Assembly: GCA_964195315.1 (NCBI GenBank)
Contig: CAXMOZ010000146.1
Location: forward strand, 10,878-74,877
Source of the DNA: an uncultured Acidimicrobiia bacterium
GTDB lineage: Bacteria > Pseudomonadota > Gammaproteobacteria > GCA-001735895
Reading direction: 5' to 3'
DNA: 64,000 bases
Position numbers and translations under genes: made by a program. Shown here piece by piece: positions 10,294 through 21,299 of the stretch; positions within the stretch are counted from its first letter, which is position 1; the number at the start of each line of letters is the position of its first letter. The notes beneath the pieces were generated by a model. The model was not told the DNA's origin, ran no database searches, and was given only the letters and a program-made list of their open reading frames with translations.

Positions 10294-12603
10294 TTGAAGG
10301 CGTTAGTTTGGCTCTGTGTTTTGCCACTGTTGTTTTCTTTTTCTACTGTTCGCGCAGATAGTTTCACTGTGGAGCAGATAGAAATTTTAGGTGCCAAGAA
10401 AATCTCTGTTGGCACAGTATTGAATTACCTACCAATCAATGTTGGTGAGGTATTCGATAGCGAGCGAGCTCCTTATTTTATCAGAGAGCTCTACTCCACT
10501 GGTTTTTTTGATGGGGTTGAATTGCTGCGTGATGCGGGCACTTTGGTTGTTAAAGTGAATGAAAGACCTTCAATTTCTGAAGTTAATGTGGAGGGCAACG
10601 ATAAACTCTCAGATGAAAATCTCGAGCAGGCGCTCGACCAGATTGGCATGACTCGAGGTAAAATTTTCAACGAGTTAAAGCTCTCAAGGTTAGAGCTTGA
10701 GTTGCAGCAACTTTACTTTTCTCTCGGCAAATATGCCGTTAAATTGACTACCGATTGGCGTTATCTTGATGATGATCGGGTGCAAATTGATATCGATATT
10801 TCTGAAGGCGAAGTCGCTCTCATACATTCGATCAATATCACCGGCAATCAAGAATTTAGCGAAGACACGCTACTCGACTCTTTCGAGTTAGAAACGGCTG
10901 ATTCAGGTTGGTTTGCTTCTGACGAATATGCCAGCTCAAAATTAACCGGTGACCTGGAAAGCCTTAGGTCGTTTTATCTGGATAGAGGGTATGTGCGTTT
11001 TGCAATTGACTCGAACCAGGTATCGATTAGTCCTGACCGTAAGGATATCAATATAACAGTCAACGTCACCGAGGGCGAACAGCATACCATCAATAGTATC
11101 GGTATCAGTGGTGAGTCTGTTGTCGATGAATCAGAACTACTGGCGCTGGTAACCTTTCGAGAGGGTGATGTTTTTTCGCGAAAAAAAATGAATCGAGTTG
11201 TTAGTCTTATCAATAAACGTCTGGGCGAAGATGGTTATGCTTTCTCTAATGTCAGAACCTCTTTTAATGTTAACGATGAAGAAAAGTCCATCGATTTACA
11301 GTTTTTAGTGATTCCGGGTCGCAAGATGACGGTGAGAAGAATTAACTTTATTGGTAATGATCGCAGTAAAGATAATGTTCTACGGCGCGAAATGCGTCAA
11401 CTTGAGGGTGCTGTTTATAAGGGCAGTAAGGTCGATCGGTCGCGCATTCGCCTTCAGCGCCTTAAGTTTATGGCGTCGGTCAATGTTGTTACTGTTCCAG
11501 TAAAAGATGATGAGAATCTACTCGATTTGGAGGTGACCGTTGTTGAACGTTTCTCCGGAAGCTTTCAGGTAGGTCTTGGATTTTCTCAGACACAGGGTGT
11601 TTTATTGAACATGGGATTGAACCATGACAATATTTTTGGCACGGGCAATACAGTTGGCATTACGTTCGATAACTCAGCCTCAACTAAGCGCTATGTGCTT
11701 AGTTATCTGAATCCTTATTATACGGCTGATGGCGTCAGTCGAGGTTTCAATTTATCATTTCAAGAAACAGATTCGGCAGAAGATAATTTTACCAATTTTT
11801 TACTCGACCAAGTGAAACTGTCTGTCGTATACAGCATTCCTACGTCCGAATTTAATTCGTTTAGCTTTAGCCTTGGAGCTGTTCGAAATGATGTACGAAT
11901 ATCTAGTTCAGCTTCTACTGAGGTCGTTGATTTTATTATCGAAAGTAATAGTGAATTTGACCAGAATACCGACAGGGCCAGCATTAGCGGTGACAGTTAT
12001 GATAGCCTTTTTGGGTCGGTGAGTGTCTCAAGCGATACCAGGAATAGGCGAATATTTGCCGATTCAGGACACCTAAATGCAGTTTCACTAGAAATGTTTA
12101 ATGGTGATCTTGACTACTACAAAGTCTCTTATCGTCATCAGTCGGCCTTTCCTGTGACAGATAAAATTACTTTTGGCTTTCGCAGCCGTATCGGGCTTGG
12201 CAAGAGCTATAGTGATACCTCTGACGTTCCATTTTTTGATAAATACACTGCGGGGGGCGTCCGTTCTGTTCGAGGTTATGAACGAAATAGCCTGGGACCA
12301 CTCGACAGTCGGGGCGACCCGTTTGGCGGTAATTTTCAGGTCATTACGACAGCGGAGCTATTGTTCCCTCTAGAATCACTTGGCAGTTCAGATACTTTCC
12401 GTGTTGCGCTATACTTAGATGCAGGTAATGTATTTAACGATAGGGATGCGTTTGAAAGCCGCGATTTACGCCAGTCAGCAGGTATTTCTGCTAAGTGGTT
12501 CTCAGTGGTAGGCCCGCTTGAGTTTAGTTACGCGTTCCCAATTAACGATCGACCAGGTGACGATACTCGAAGCTTTCAGTTTGCATTGGGTGCGTCATTT
12601 TGA
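10294..12603 (+). CDS. bamA: Outer membrane protein assembly factor BamA
   Basis: 769 aa with a probable TTG start and a signal peptide. It has POTRA repeats and a C-terminal beta-barrel ending …FQFALGASF. Confidence 0.9.
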   Translation: MKALVWLCVLPLLFSFSTVRADSFTVEQIEILGAKKISVGTVLNYLPINVGEVFDSERAPYFIRELYSTGFFDGVELLRDAGTLVVKVNERPSISEVNVEGNDKLSDENLEQALDQIGMTRGKIFNELKLSRLELELQQLYFSLGKYAVKLTTDWRYLDDDRVQIDIDISEGEVALIHSINITGNQEFSEDTLLDSFELETADSGWFASDEYASSKLTGDLESLRSFYLDRGYVRFAIDSNQVSISPDRKDINITVNVTEGEQHTINSIGISGESVVDESELLALVTFREGDVFSRKKMNRVVSLINKRLGEDGYAFSNVRTSFNVNDEEKSIDLQFLVIPGRKMTVRRINFIGNDRSKDNVLRREMRQLEGAVYKGSKVDRSRIRLQRLKFMASVNVVTVPVKDDENLLDLEVTVVERFSGSFQVGLGFSQTQGVLLNMGLNHDNIFGTGNTVGITFDNSASTKRYVLSYLNPYYTADGVSRGFNLSFQETDSAEDNFTNFLLDQVKLSVVYSIPTSEFNSFSFSLGAVRNDVRISSSASTEVVDFIIESNSEFDQNTDRASISGDSYDSLFGSVSVSSDTRNRRIFADSGHLNAVSLEMFNGDLDYYKVSYRHQSAFPVTDKITFGFRSRIGLGKSYSDTSDVPFFDKYTAGGVRSVRGYERNSLGPLDSRGDPFGGNFQVITTAELLFPLESLGSSDTFRVALYLDAGNVFNDRDAFESRDLRQSAGISAKWFSVVGPLEFSYAFPINDRPGDDTRSFQFALGASF

Positions 12604-13154
12604 TGAGAATTCTGAAGAGCGATATGAAAAGATACTTGCTAATTTTGATGCTGATATTGAGTAGTAGTGGCAGTGCATTAATGGCCGATAATCACAGTTA
12701 CAAGATAGGCTTTGTGAATACTTCACGCGTTTTAAAAGAAGCACCGCAGGCGCGTAAAGTTGAGGAGCGATTAAAAGCCGAGTTCGAACCCCGCGAAGCA
12801 CAGCTCAAGTCGAAACGCCAGGAAGTACTGAATATCGAAGAACAGCTGAAATCGACTGAAGTTCAGATTACTGTAAAAACAAGGCGCAAACTTGAACGAG
12901 AAATACGACTCAAAGTTAGTCAGTTAAAATTTCTTGAACAGGAATTTAGAGAAGATCAAAATTTAAGAAGAAACGAAGAAATTCACGTTTTGCAGCAAGT
13001 GATTGCGAATGTCCTGTTGAAATTAGGTGACTCAGAGCGTTTTGATCTGATACTGACGGAAGGCGTGAGCTACGTGTCTAATCAAATTGATATTACGGTG
13101 CAAGTGATCGATATGCTTAAAGAATTGCCGGAAATAACGCAAGATATCCAGTAA
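12600..13154 (+). CDS. skp: Periplasmic chaperone Skp (OmpH)
   Basis: The signal peptide MKRYLLILMLILSSSGSALMA suggests the true start is the ATG at 12627. It is followed by a charged coiled-coil sequence and lies between bamA and lpxD. Confidence 0.75.
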   Translation: MMRILKSDMKRYLLILMLILSSSGSALMADNHSYKIGFVNTSRVLKEAPQARKVEERLKAEFEPREAQLKSKRQEVLNIEEQLKSTEVQITVKTRRKLEREIRLKVSQLKFLEQEFREDQNLRRNEEIHVLQQVIANVLLKLGDSERFDLILTEGVSYVSNQIDITVQVIDMLKELPEITQDIQ

Positions 13155-13283
13155 TATCTATATTGGTGCTGCTTAATTTAGGTTGTTTCTAATATTCACC
13201 TTTTTAGTCAAGGTCTAGGACTCCAGGCAGTATGATTTTGAAATAAAAAGGATTTTAAAACAATAATATGAAGATTAAAGCTA

Positions 13284-14303
13284 ATGAGTCTTTCCCTACA
13301 AAGCCTGGCAGCTAGTCTCGATCTCAATTTTGAAGGTGACCCCGAATCAATAATTCATGGCGTTGGATCATTTTCAAACGCTACCACGAGTGATCTTTGT
13401 TTTATTCACGATGACAAATATACAAAACGATTAGCCAGAAGTAATTGCTCAACAGCAATAGTTCCGCTTAATTTTGATTCGTCTCAAATCGATAAGCAAT
13501 TGCTATTCTCGATTAACCCCCAGTTTTCATTTGTTCAGGCGCTTCACTTATTAGAGCCAGAACTAACTAACCCATCTTTAACGTCAATACACCCGTCAGC
13601 CCAAATCTCTGACAGCGCCATATTAGGTTTAGGCGTGTCAATAGGTGCGCTTGCGGTGATTGGTGACAATGCGATAATTGGTGCAGGAACGTCTATAGGC
13701 GCTGGAAGTATTATCGAGCAGGGTGTGACAATGGGCGATCACTGCTTATTGCATAGTCGTGTTACTTTATGCCGTCAGGTAGTCATTGGAAGCAATTGCA
13801 TTCTGCAGTCTGGTGTTGTGCTGGGTGGTGATGGCTTTGGCTTAGTTATGCACGAAGATCAGTGGCACAAAGTGCCGCAAATTGGGACGGTCATACTAGA
13901 AGATGATGTCGAAATTGGCGCCAATACAACGGTCGACCGAGGTGCTCTTGACGATACGGTGATTGAAAAAGGCTGTAAATTAGATAACCTGATACAGATT
14001 GGGCATAATGTTCGACTCGGTGCCCACACTGCGATTGCGGCTCATTCAGCCATTGCTGGTAGTACTACTATTGGCCGCCATTGTCAGATTTCAGGTTGTG
14101 TTGCCATCGCAGGACATCTTGATATCGTTGACCACGTCATAGTGACAGGTATGTCATTAGTGAGTAAAAGTATTAAACATCCGGGTGTTTATTCATCGGG
14201 TACGCCGTTATTGAAGAACAAAGATTGGCACAAATGTAATGTGCGTTACAAAGGTCTGGATAAATTAGCCAGGTCTGTAGCTTTATTAGAAAAGAATAAA
14301 TAG
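13284..14303 (+). CDS. lpxD: UDP-3-O-(3-hydroxyacyl)glucosamine N-acyltransferase
   Basis: It has left-handed beta-helix hexapeptide repeats and occupies the conserved position. Confidence 0.9.
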   Translation: MSLSLQSLAASLDLNFEGDPESIIHGVGSFSNATTSDLCFIHDDKYTKRLARSNCSTAIVPLNFDSSQIDKQLLFSINPQFSFVQALHLLEPELTNPSLTSIHPSAQISDSAILGLGVSIGALAVIGDNAIIGAGTSIGAGSIIEQGVTMGDHCLLHSRVTLCRQVVIGSNCILQSGVVLGGDGFGLVMHEDQWHKVPQIGTVILEDDVEIGANTTVDRGALDDTVIEKGCKLDNLIQIGHNVRLGAHTAIAAHSAIAGSTTIGRHCQISGCVAIAGHLDIVDHVIVTGMSLVSKSIKHPGVYSSGTPLLKNKDWHKCNVRYKGLDKLARSVALLEKNK

Positions 14304-14330
14304 CCATTTTTTATAAAAAATAGAGGTCTT

Positions 14331-14777
14331 ATGCCGGGTTTTGATATTAGTAAAGTGATGGAGCTATTACCTCACCGTTACCCTTTCTTGTTAATTGATA
14401 AAGTCGTCGATACGGACAATAAGACATTTCTTACTGCAATTAAGAATGTTTCTTTTAATGAACCGTTTTTTCAGGGTCATTTTCCGGGTAAACCAATTAT
14501 GCCTGGGGTTTTGATCCTCGAAGCCATGGCTCAAGCGACTGGTTTATTGTCTTTTTCATCGATGACCGAAGATCCTGAATCAAAGTTGCATATGTTAGTG
14601 GGCATGAATAAGTCCCGATTCAGAGGTCAGGTGATACCCGGCGATCAATTAGAAATCAAAGTTCGTCTGACGCGAAATATGCGTGGCATCGGCATGTTTG
14701 AATGCCAGGCATTTGTTAATGGATCAATGGTTGCGGAGTCGGATATGATGTGCTCCGCACAGGATAAAGACAAATGA
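14331..14777 (+). CDS. fabZ: 3-hydroxyacyl-ACP dehydratase FabZ
   Basis: LLPHRYPFLLIDKV…HFPGKPIMPGVL is the hotdog dehydratase signature. Confidence 0.9.
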   Translation: MPGFDISKVMELLPHRYPFLLIDKVVDTDNKTFLTAIKNVSFNEPFFQGHFPGKPIMPGVLILEAMAQATGLLSFSSMTEDPESKLHMLVGMNKSRFRGQVIPGDQLEIKVRLTRNMRGIGMFECQAFVNGSMVAESDMMCSAQDKDK

Positions 14778-15544
14778 TACATAACACAGCGATTATTGAT
14801 GAAAGCGCTAAGCTTGGCGAAAATGTCTCTATAGGCCCTTACAGTATCATTGGCCCCGACGTTGAAATTGGGGCGGGAACACAGATTGCATCACACGTCG
14901 TAATCAATGGGCCAACCCGTATTGGTGAGCAGAATAAAATTTTTCAATTTAGTTCTCTTGGTGAAGCACCGCAGGATAAAAAATACAATGGCGAGCCAAC
15001 CACACTTGTTGTTGGAGACAGAAACGTTATTCGTGAATACGTCACATTCAATCGAGGCACGGTGAATGGTATTGGCGAGACCATCATTGGCAGCGATAAC
15101 TTGTTTATGGCGTATTGTCATGTCGCTCATGACTGTATCGTTGGCAATAATATAGTATTTGCTAATTCGGCTTCATTAGGTGGCCATGTAGAGGTTGGTG
15201 ATTTCGCAATACTAGGTGGTTTTACAACAGTGCACCAGTTTACCCTGATAGGCGGCAAGTCACTTTGTGGCCAAGGCTCTGTTGTGACCCAGGATATACC
15301 ACCTTTTACAACGGCTGCTGGCAATCGTGCAAGAGCCATTGGTATAAATAAAGAGGGATTGCGACGAAAGGGTTTTTCCGCAGACTTAATTAGAGCCCTG
15401 CATCAGTCTTTCCGAGTGCTACTAAAATCAAAAGTTACGCAAGAAGTGGCATTTGAAAAGTTACAGCCATTGTGCGACAAGCACCCCGAAGTTGCTGAGT
15501 TTGTTAATTTTATTAAAACTAGTAAAAGAGGCATTGCACAATAA
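14774..15544 (+). CDS. lpxA: Acyl-ACP--UDP-GlcNAc O-acyltransferase
   Basis: It has hexapeptide repeats with an MIHNTAIID start. It follows fabZ with a 4-nt overlap. Confidence 0.9.
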   Translation: MIHNTAIIDESAKLGENVSIGPYSIIGPDVEIGAGTQIASHVVINGPTRIGEQNKIFQFSSLGEAPQDKKYNGEPTTLVVGDRNVIREYVTFNRGTVNGIGETIIGSDNLFMAYCHVAHDCIVGNNIVFANSASLGGHVEVGDFAILGGFTTVHQFTLIGGKSLCGQGSVVTQDIPPFTTAAGNRARAIGINKEGLRRKGFSADLIRALHQSFRVLLKSKVTQEVAFEKLQPLCDKHPEVAEFVNFIKTSKRGIAQ

Positions 15545-15650
15545 TCCGACCGAATCGACTTTATTGGCCGATTGGGTCTGGTAGTGTAATAAGGTATTTA
15601 TACAGACTTTAATTAAAGGGTAATGTGAACGTGACAAATATGAGGGATAT

Positions 15651-18600
15651 TTGATGAATATGTTAGGTAAAGTCCTAGGTATATGTTTATTTTTCGCCGG
15701 CGCATGTCAGCCGGTAATCGCACTCGAAATGCTACATTTCATTGAAGGTAAGGAATATTCTGATTATCTAGAAGATGCTAAAGGGCTTAAGATTACGAAT
15801 GACGGTATCGTTTATGTTACTAGTACACATAAAGGTAGTCTGCTTAAAATAACTGACGGTAATATTGAAGTAATAAATCTAAATCCATCGATATTCAAAG
15901 ATTCAGATCTCGCTGGTATTAATGCTCTCCACAATGGTAATTTGCTGATCGCTAATAGAGGGTCAGATAAAATTGCAATCGTTTCACCAGACCTGACCCC
16001 AATCAAACTTTTTTCAAGATCAGGTAGTGACCCAGGTGAGCTGGATGGACCTGGTACACTAACGGCTTCGGTTAATAATAGGATTTACGTTGCCGATCGC
16101 GGAAACAAGCAAATCTCTGTATTTAGTGATCAAGGGCTATTTCTGCATAGTTTTGGACGCCATGGCTCTGGTGGGAAGGATATCCTGAAACCTACCCATA
16201 TCAGTATTGATGCTGATGAAAATATCTACGTGCTGGAAGGTCAAGAACGACTTTCTATTTTTGATTTGCACGGCAACTTGATAGAACGATTCAAAAACAA
16301 AGACTTAAAAATACAATTCGATGGCATCCCTCAATTCGGTGCTATGACAGCGGATCTAAACGGCAACTTGTATCTGTCTGACAATAAGACCAATCAAATT
16401 AGTATATTCGATTGGCGTAAAAAAGAAGTGGTTCAACGGTTTGGTGCACTCGGTCAATCTAGAGCTCAATATCGCCGTATCCGTCAACTGTCAGTCAATA
16501 GCCATGGACAAATTGCTATTCTTGATACCAAAAATAAAAAAATTGAAATCTTTCAACTAGACCAAACGAGTTTCAAAGCACCCGTCATAAATGACACGAT
16601 ACGCGCTGCAGTAACCCTGAACGCCAAGTGCCGACTCACGCAAAGCTTTATTAAAGGTACCTTGCTATGCGTCAAACGAAATAAGAAAGGTACGGTTGTG
16701 TTATCTGCAGATGGCAAGGAGCTTCGCCCATTTGCAGCTGAGATAAAGAATCCAACGGCAATTCATAGCGACCAAAAAAGTGTTGCTCTTTTGCAAGGCA
16801 ATAAACTCCATACTTATTCCTCCGATGGTAATAATATGTTTGAAATCGGTAGGTATGGCATATCAGCAGGGGCATTTAAAGACCCTAAAGATGTCTTTAT
16901 TGCTCAGGGCCAATTCTATGTGACTGATATGGGTAATAATCGAGTACAAGTGTTTTCAGCTGACGGCCAATTTATTGAGGAAATAAAGGCGGGTAAGTCA
17001 GCTTCGAAATTATTCGGCAAGGTTGGCCCAATTGCAATCGACAGTAAAAAAAATCTCTACTTAGCCGATAAAGACGGCTCAGGCTCTATCAGAGTGATCG
17101 ATAAAGCGAGATCTCTTGTAACTAGTATAGGTGGTGGAAAAGGTAGTTCAATTCACAAAATCGAGACAGTTCAAGCTTTGGATATCGATAAGCAAGACAG
17201 ATTGTACGTGCTGGCGTCTACTGATTTCAATCCATACCAAATACAGATATTCAAGGACTATAAATTATTAAGGACATTTGGGGCGGGTGATGCAAATGGT
17301 ACTGAGTTTTATTTTGATAAAGTCAGTTCAATGTCGGTTGTTTCGAGCAAAACCAATAGCGTCTTCCTTAATGATGTCGAATTGAATCAGCTTAGTCGCT
17401 ACGATTTGCACGAATTTCCAGACCCCGCTTTTGGGCTAAGAATTGCGGCAAATAACAAACAAGTCAATTTTGAGTGGAGTAGTTCACGCTCACCACTTAT
17501 TGCAGAATATGAAATCCAAGGAGCCTCTAATCAAAAGGGGCCCTATAAAAAGCTGACCAGTAGTATTGAATTTAAAAGTGAAATGACGGTTAGTAAAACT
17601 GAACCATATAAATGGTTTAGAGTAGTTTCTGTCAGCGGTTTTGGTTTGCGTGGTAACCCTTCGGCGCCTAAAGTAAATCAATTTCAGCAAATTAAAGCCT
17701 TATATCAGTCAAAAAAATATGAAGACGCGATCAAGTTGAGTCGCAAGCTCTTAAAAATCTCTCCGGGCAATGCTGATGCGATGGATTTTTTAGCCTCTAG
17801 TTTGTATAAACTGAAAGATTATGCTGGCTCCATAGGCATATATAAGCAGTTAGAATCATTTCCACCGTATAAAAATAAGGCAATCAATTATCAAGTCCAA
17901 GCTTATTTTGAGCTAGAGCAATACCTCGATGCTCAAGGGCTCATTGATGAAGTTCTAGAGTCAGGCCCAACCGAGATTGAACCCTACTTGATTTGCACCC
18001 GGTTGAGTCTAAAGCTGGCCGATGCGATAGGTGCCGTCACCTGTGCCGAGGATGGCCTAGAGTTGCATAAAGATAATGTAACGCTTCGTTACCTACTAGG
18101 TCGTGCTTATATTGAAGCAGGGTTGAATGAAGAAGGTCTAGAAGCTTACCAAATCATTGTAGACAATAATCCAGGTGATCATGTAACAAGACTAAAGATA
18201 GCGCGTGATTTGTATGGTCTGGGTCATCTCGATGATGCACTTGGCCATTTTACGGCTATTGTTAGTGCCCAGCCAGGGCTAGGCGCTGCTGCGGTTGGCA
18301 AAGCCCGAACCCTGCTCAGTCTCAATCGCGATGATGAAGCAAAATCAATTGCGGTTAAGCTATCAGGCAAAAAAATAACGAAAGGTGAAGGCTATTATTT
18401 ATTAGGCAAGATTGCTGCTAAACAAGGTAAACACAAAGAAGCTGTATTACGCCTGACCCGTGCCGCTAAAGTGAAGCCTAAAGAAGTTGATACCTGGCTG
18501 TCACTAGCGCAATCGTATGCCAGTATTAATCAGCTACCGAAAGCCATAAAAGCGTTACAGCGAGGGTTAAAAAATAATGCTGAGGCTGGTGATTTGTATC

Positions 18601-20615
18601 AATTGGCGGGCAAGATACATTTAGAGCGAGAGCAATATCCGGAAGCTAATTCGATGTTAAAAATGGCTGTCGAACTCTCTCCAAATTTATTAATGCCAAA
18701 AAAATTATACGCAAGAGGCCTTTTTGCGACTCGTAATTATCGATCAGCGGCAACCTACGCTGAGCTTGCTGCTGAAATAGCGCCTAAAGACATCGATGTC
18801 CTCACCTTACAAGCCGACATTGCTAATCAGCAGGGCAAAACTGGATCGGCAATAGAGTTTTTGAAAACAGCTATCAATCTTGAACCCGCATCGGCTGAAT
18901 TGCAGTATCAAATTGGGCGGGTGTATCAGGATGCCAATCTGTTCGATGCATCTCGTGTTCATTTAGAAAAAGCTGCCAGTATTAACCCGGCTTGGGCCAT
19001 TCCCTATGTCGCGCTTGGTGATCTATTTTCAAAGCGTCGTTTGTTTGACGATGCGATTGGGTCATATGAAAAAGCGATTGAACTGGACCCTTCAGCTGAA
19101 AATAGAGCCGTACTTAATATTGCCTTTAGCGAGAGAAAGAAGTCGTTAGAGTTTAAAAATAATGCCCCTCAATTATTGTTGTCCGATCTTAATTTACAAA
19201 CTGTGTTTTCATCAGCCTATAAAAAATATTTGAATCAGCCCATTGGCAGTGTCAATCTTCAAAATGTGAGTGCAACCGATTATGGGAATTTAAAATTATC
19301 ATTTCAAATCAAAGAGTTTATGGATTTTCCAACGACGATTGATATTGCCAATTTAGAAGGTAATCAAACAAAAAAAATCGATATTAACGCGACTTTCAAT
19401 AACCGTATTCTTGAAGTGGATGAAGATACTGGTGTGCAGGTAGAAGTAAAGCTAAGCTATCTGAGGGATGGTCAAAAAGACGATATAACGCTAACCCAGC
19501 CGATGACCATCTATGGTAAAAATGCACTGGTATGGGGTGATCCAGCAATGGTCGGATCATTCGTAACACCGAAAGATGATACCTTGCGAGATTATGTCCG
19601 TCAGGTCGTCAATGAATTTGAGCCAGAAGCCGGTCCGCTCAATGATAAACTCGTCTCAGCAATGGTATATTTTAGTAGTCTGACCGCATTGGGCACTAAC
19701 TACATTATCGATCCTAATACACCATTCACAGAGTTACTAGATGACCAAATTGATTACGTTCAGTTCCCGCGTGAAACGCTGCGATTAAAAAGTGGCGATT
19801 GCGATGATCTATCAGTATTAATCAGTGCTGGTTTAGAAAATATTGGCATTAAAACTTCATTTATTGAGGTGCCAGGGCATCTATTCGTAATGTTTGATAC
19901 CGGCATATCCAGTGATGACTCCGGACTCATTAGTCAAAATAGTAGCCTGCTTGCGATTAAGGATGGCAACGTCTGGATTCCATTAGAAGCGACCATGGTC
20001 AACACCAGTTTTACCGAAGCCTGGGCTGAAGGTGCTCGTAAATATCACAAAGCTATAGCCGAAGACAACCTTGGGGTTATCGATTTAAGGCAAGCCTGGA
20101 AAGAATATAAGCCAGTTACTTTACGCAAAGCAAACTACTCGATCGCATTGCCCGAATCAAAGCGCACGCATAATCTAGTGAAGCAGGAAAAAACGGTAAT
20201 GCTTGCAAAGAGCATTGATCGACTAGTTCTACCCTATCAAACCATGGTGACGAGCAATCCAGGAAATATAGCGGCTCGATTACAAATAGCAATTCTCTAC
20301 GCTAGATTTGGGTTGTACGAAGATGCACAAATCGCATTCGAAGCATTAAATGAGTTAGCACCCGATGATAGTGCCGTGCAAACCAATCACGGAAATTTAT
20401 ACTTCCTGCAACAAGACTACCAAAAGGCGATTGAAAACTATACGAGAGCCAGTATTCTTGATAATGAAGACGGTGGCATCCATATCAATCTGTCGATGGC
20501 GTACTATAAGGCGGGGAAATTGAAACAAGCAACCTCCAGTTATACCAAAGCAACAGAACTAAGCCCTGCTTTGGAGCAGGAATATCTGGCTTATAGTAAA
20601 TTACTGAGCCAGTAA
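15651..20615 (+). CDS. Giant (1654 aa) secreted multidomain protein: signal peptide, about 12 NHL repeats forming two beta-propellers, an FN3-like domain, a long TPR array, a transglutaminase-like (TGc) Cys-His-Asp core and a C-terminal TPR region
   Basis: The N-terminal signal peptide is MMNMLGKVLGICLFFAGAC. Repeated YVADxGNxxIxVF-type NHL blades run to about residue 590. Many TPR-like helical repeats follow. A TGc core KSGDCDDLSVL…GIKTSFIEVPGHLFVMFD sits at about residues 1385-1430. Confidence 0.8.
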   Translation: MMNMLGKVLGICLFFAGACQPVIALEMLHFIEGKEYSDYLEDAKGLKITNDGIVYVTSTHKGSLLKITDGNIEVINLNPSIFKDSDLAGINALHNGNLLIANRGSDKIAIVSPDLTPIKLFSRSGSDPGELDGPGTLTASVNNRIYVADRGNKQISVFSDQGLFLHSFGRHGSGGKDILKPTHISIDADENIYVLEGQERLSIFDLHGNLIERFKNKDLKIQFDGIPQFGAMTADLNGNLYLSDNKTNQISIFDWRKKEVVQRFGALGQSRAQYRRIRQLSVNSHGQIAILDTKNKKIEIFQLDQTSFKAPVINDTIRAAVTLNAKCRLTQSFIKGTLLCVKRNKKGTVVLSADGKELRPFAAEIKNPTAIHSDQKSVALLQGNKLHTYSSDGNNMFEIGRYGISAGAFKDPKDVFIAQGQFYVTDMGNNRVQVFSADGQFIEEIKAGKSASKLFGKVGPIAIDSKKNLYLADKDGSGSIRVIDKARSLVTSIGGGKGSSIHKIETVQALDIDKQDRLYVLASTDFNPYQIQIFKDYKLLRTFGAGDANGTEFYFDKVSSMSVVSSKTNSVFLNDVELNQLSRYDLHEFPDPAFGLRIAANNKQVNFEWSSSRSPLIAEYEIQGASNQKGPYKKLTSSIEFKSEMTVSKTEPYKWFRVVSVSGFGLRGNPSAPKVNQFQQIKALYQSKKYEDAIKLSRKLLKISPGNADAMDFLASSLYKLKDYAGSIGIYKQLESFPPYKNKAINYQVQAYFELEQYLDAQGLIDEVLESGPTEIEPYLICTRLSLKLADAIGAVTCAEDGLELHKDNVTLRYLLGRAYIEAGLNEEGLEAYQIIVDNNPGDHVTRLKIARDLYGLGHLDDALGHFTAIVSAQPGLGAAAVGKARTLLSLNRDDEAKSIAVKLSGKKITKGEGYYLLGKIAAKQGKHKEAVLRLTRAAKVKPKEVDTWLSLAQSYASINQLPKAIKALQRGLKNNAEAGDLYQLAGKIHLEREQYPEANSMLKMAVELSPNLLMPKKLYARGLFATRNYRSAATYAELAAEIAPKDIDVLTLQADIANQQGKTGSAIEFLKTAINLEPASAELQYQIGRVYQDANLFDASRVHLEKAASINPAWAIPYVALGDLFSKRRLFDDAIGSYEKAIELDPSAENRAVLNIAFSERKKSLEFKNNAPQLLLSDLNLQTVFSSAYKKYLNQPIGSVNLQNVSATDYGNLKLSFQIKEFMDFPTTIDIANLEGNQTKKIDINATFNNRILEVDEDTGVQVEVKLSYLRDGQKDDITLTQPMTIYGKNALVWGDPAMVGSFVTPKDDTLRDYVRQVVNEFEPEAGPLNDKLVSAMVYFSSLTALGTNYIIDPNTPFTELLDDQIDYVQFPRETLRLKSGDCDDLSVLISAGLENIGIKTSFIEVPGHLFVMFDTGISSDDSGLISQNSSLLAIKDGNVWIPLEATMVNTSFTEAWAEGARKYHKAIAEDNLGVIDLRQAWKEYKPVTLRKANYSIALPESKRTHNLVKQEKTVMLAKSIDRLVLPYQTMVTSNPGNIAARLQIAILYARFGLYEDAQIAFEALNELAPDDSAVQTNHGNLYFLQQDYQKAIENYTRASILDNEDGGIHINLSMAYYKAGKLKQATSSYTKATELSPALEQEYLAYSKLLSQ

Positions 20616-20625
20616 CCCTGAATTA

Positions 20626-21195
20626 ATGGACCGAATTAGTGGAAGATATACAATGAAACAGTTAATCATTCTCATGCTATTTATTGGCGGGTTATCGATA
20701 ACCCAACCCGCTATATCACAAGATGATACAGTGAAGGAAGTGAGCACTCATAGTGTTTTCAAAGGTATTTTTCTGTCGATTTGGAGTAAACTTAAGGCAA
20801 TTAACCCGAGCCAAAAACAATCCGCCAAGGCTAACCAAGTTTATACGGCAGGTATCAGGGGGGCAGAAGCCACAGATACCCTATTAAAGCCCTATTGGAA
20901 AAATGACTTAACTCAAGATGAGGCTTTTCAGGCAGAATTGAAACAGTTTGGTCAGGCACAACAACAGCTCGACAAAGGTAAGCTGGGCCTTGCTGTTAAT
21001 GGTTTTGAGAAGTTTCTAGAGCAATATAATAGTAGCAGTTTAAGGCCCAATGCCTTGTTTGCAATGAGTATTAGTCTTGCCGGTATTGGTGAATCTGAAA
21101 CCTCGATCAATATCATGAAGTTGTTTTTAGATGAAAACCCGACTCACCCTTTAGCAAACGACGCTAAACAGGTTATAGCAGAATTATCGGCTTAA
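20626..21195 (+). CDS. Small exported TPR-like protein, hypothetical. A likely partner of the giant protein upstream.
   Basis: Its start lies 11 nt after the giant ORF's stop. The likely real start is MKQLIILMLFIGGLSITQPAISQ at 20653. It has a signal peptide and a helical repeat region. Confidence 0.5.
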   Translation: MDRISGRYTMKQLIILMLFIGGLSITQPAISQDDTVKEVSTHSVFKGIFLSIWSKLKAINPSQKQSAKANQVYTAGIRGAEATDTLLKPYWKNDLTQDEAFQAELKQFGQAQQQLDKGKLGLAVNGFEKFLEQYNSSSLRPNALFAMSISLAGIGESETSINIMKLFLDENPTHPLANDAKQVIAELSA

Positions 21196-21299
21196 ACGCT
21201 GACTGACCATGAGTCTACCTAGCGCGATAGATCGTTCGTTTCCAGCAATCTTGCTCACCTAATATAATCTAACTTAAATCAATATAATCTTCGACTCGT

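Noticed and set aside
15545-15650. Expectation of lpxB immediately after lpxA
   Set aside because: No LpxB-like (GT19) ORF exists anywhere in the window. The position is occupied by the giant NHL/TPR/TGc gene.
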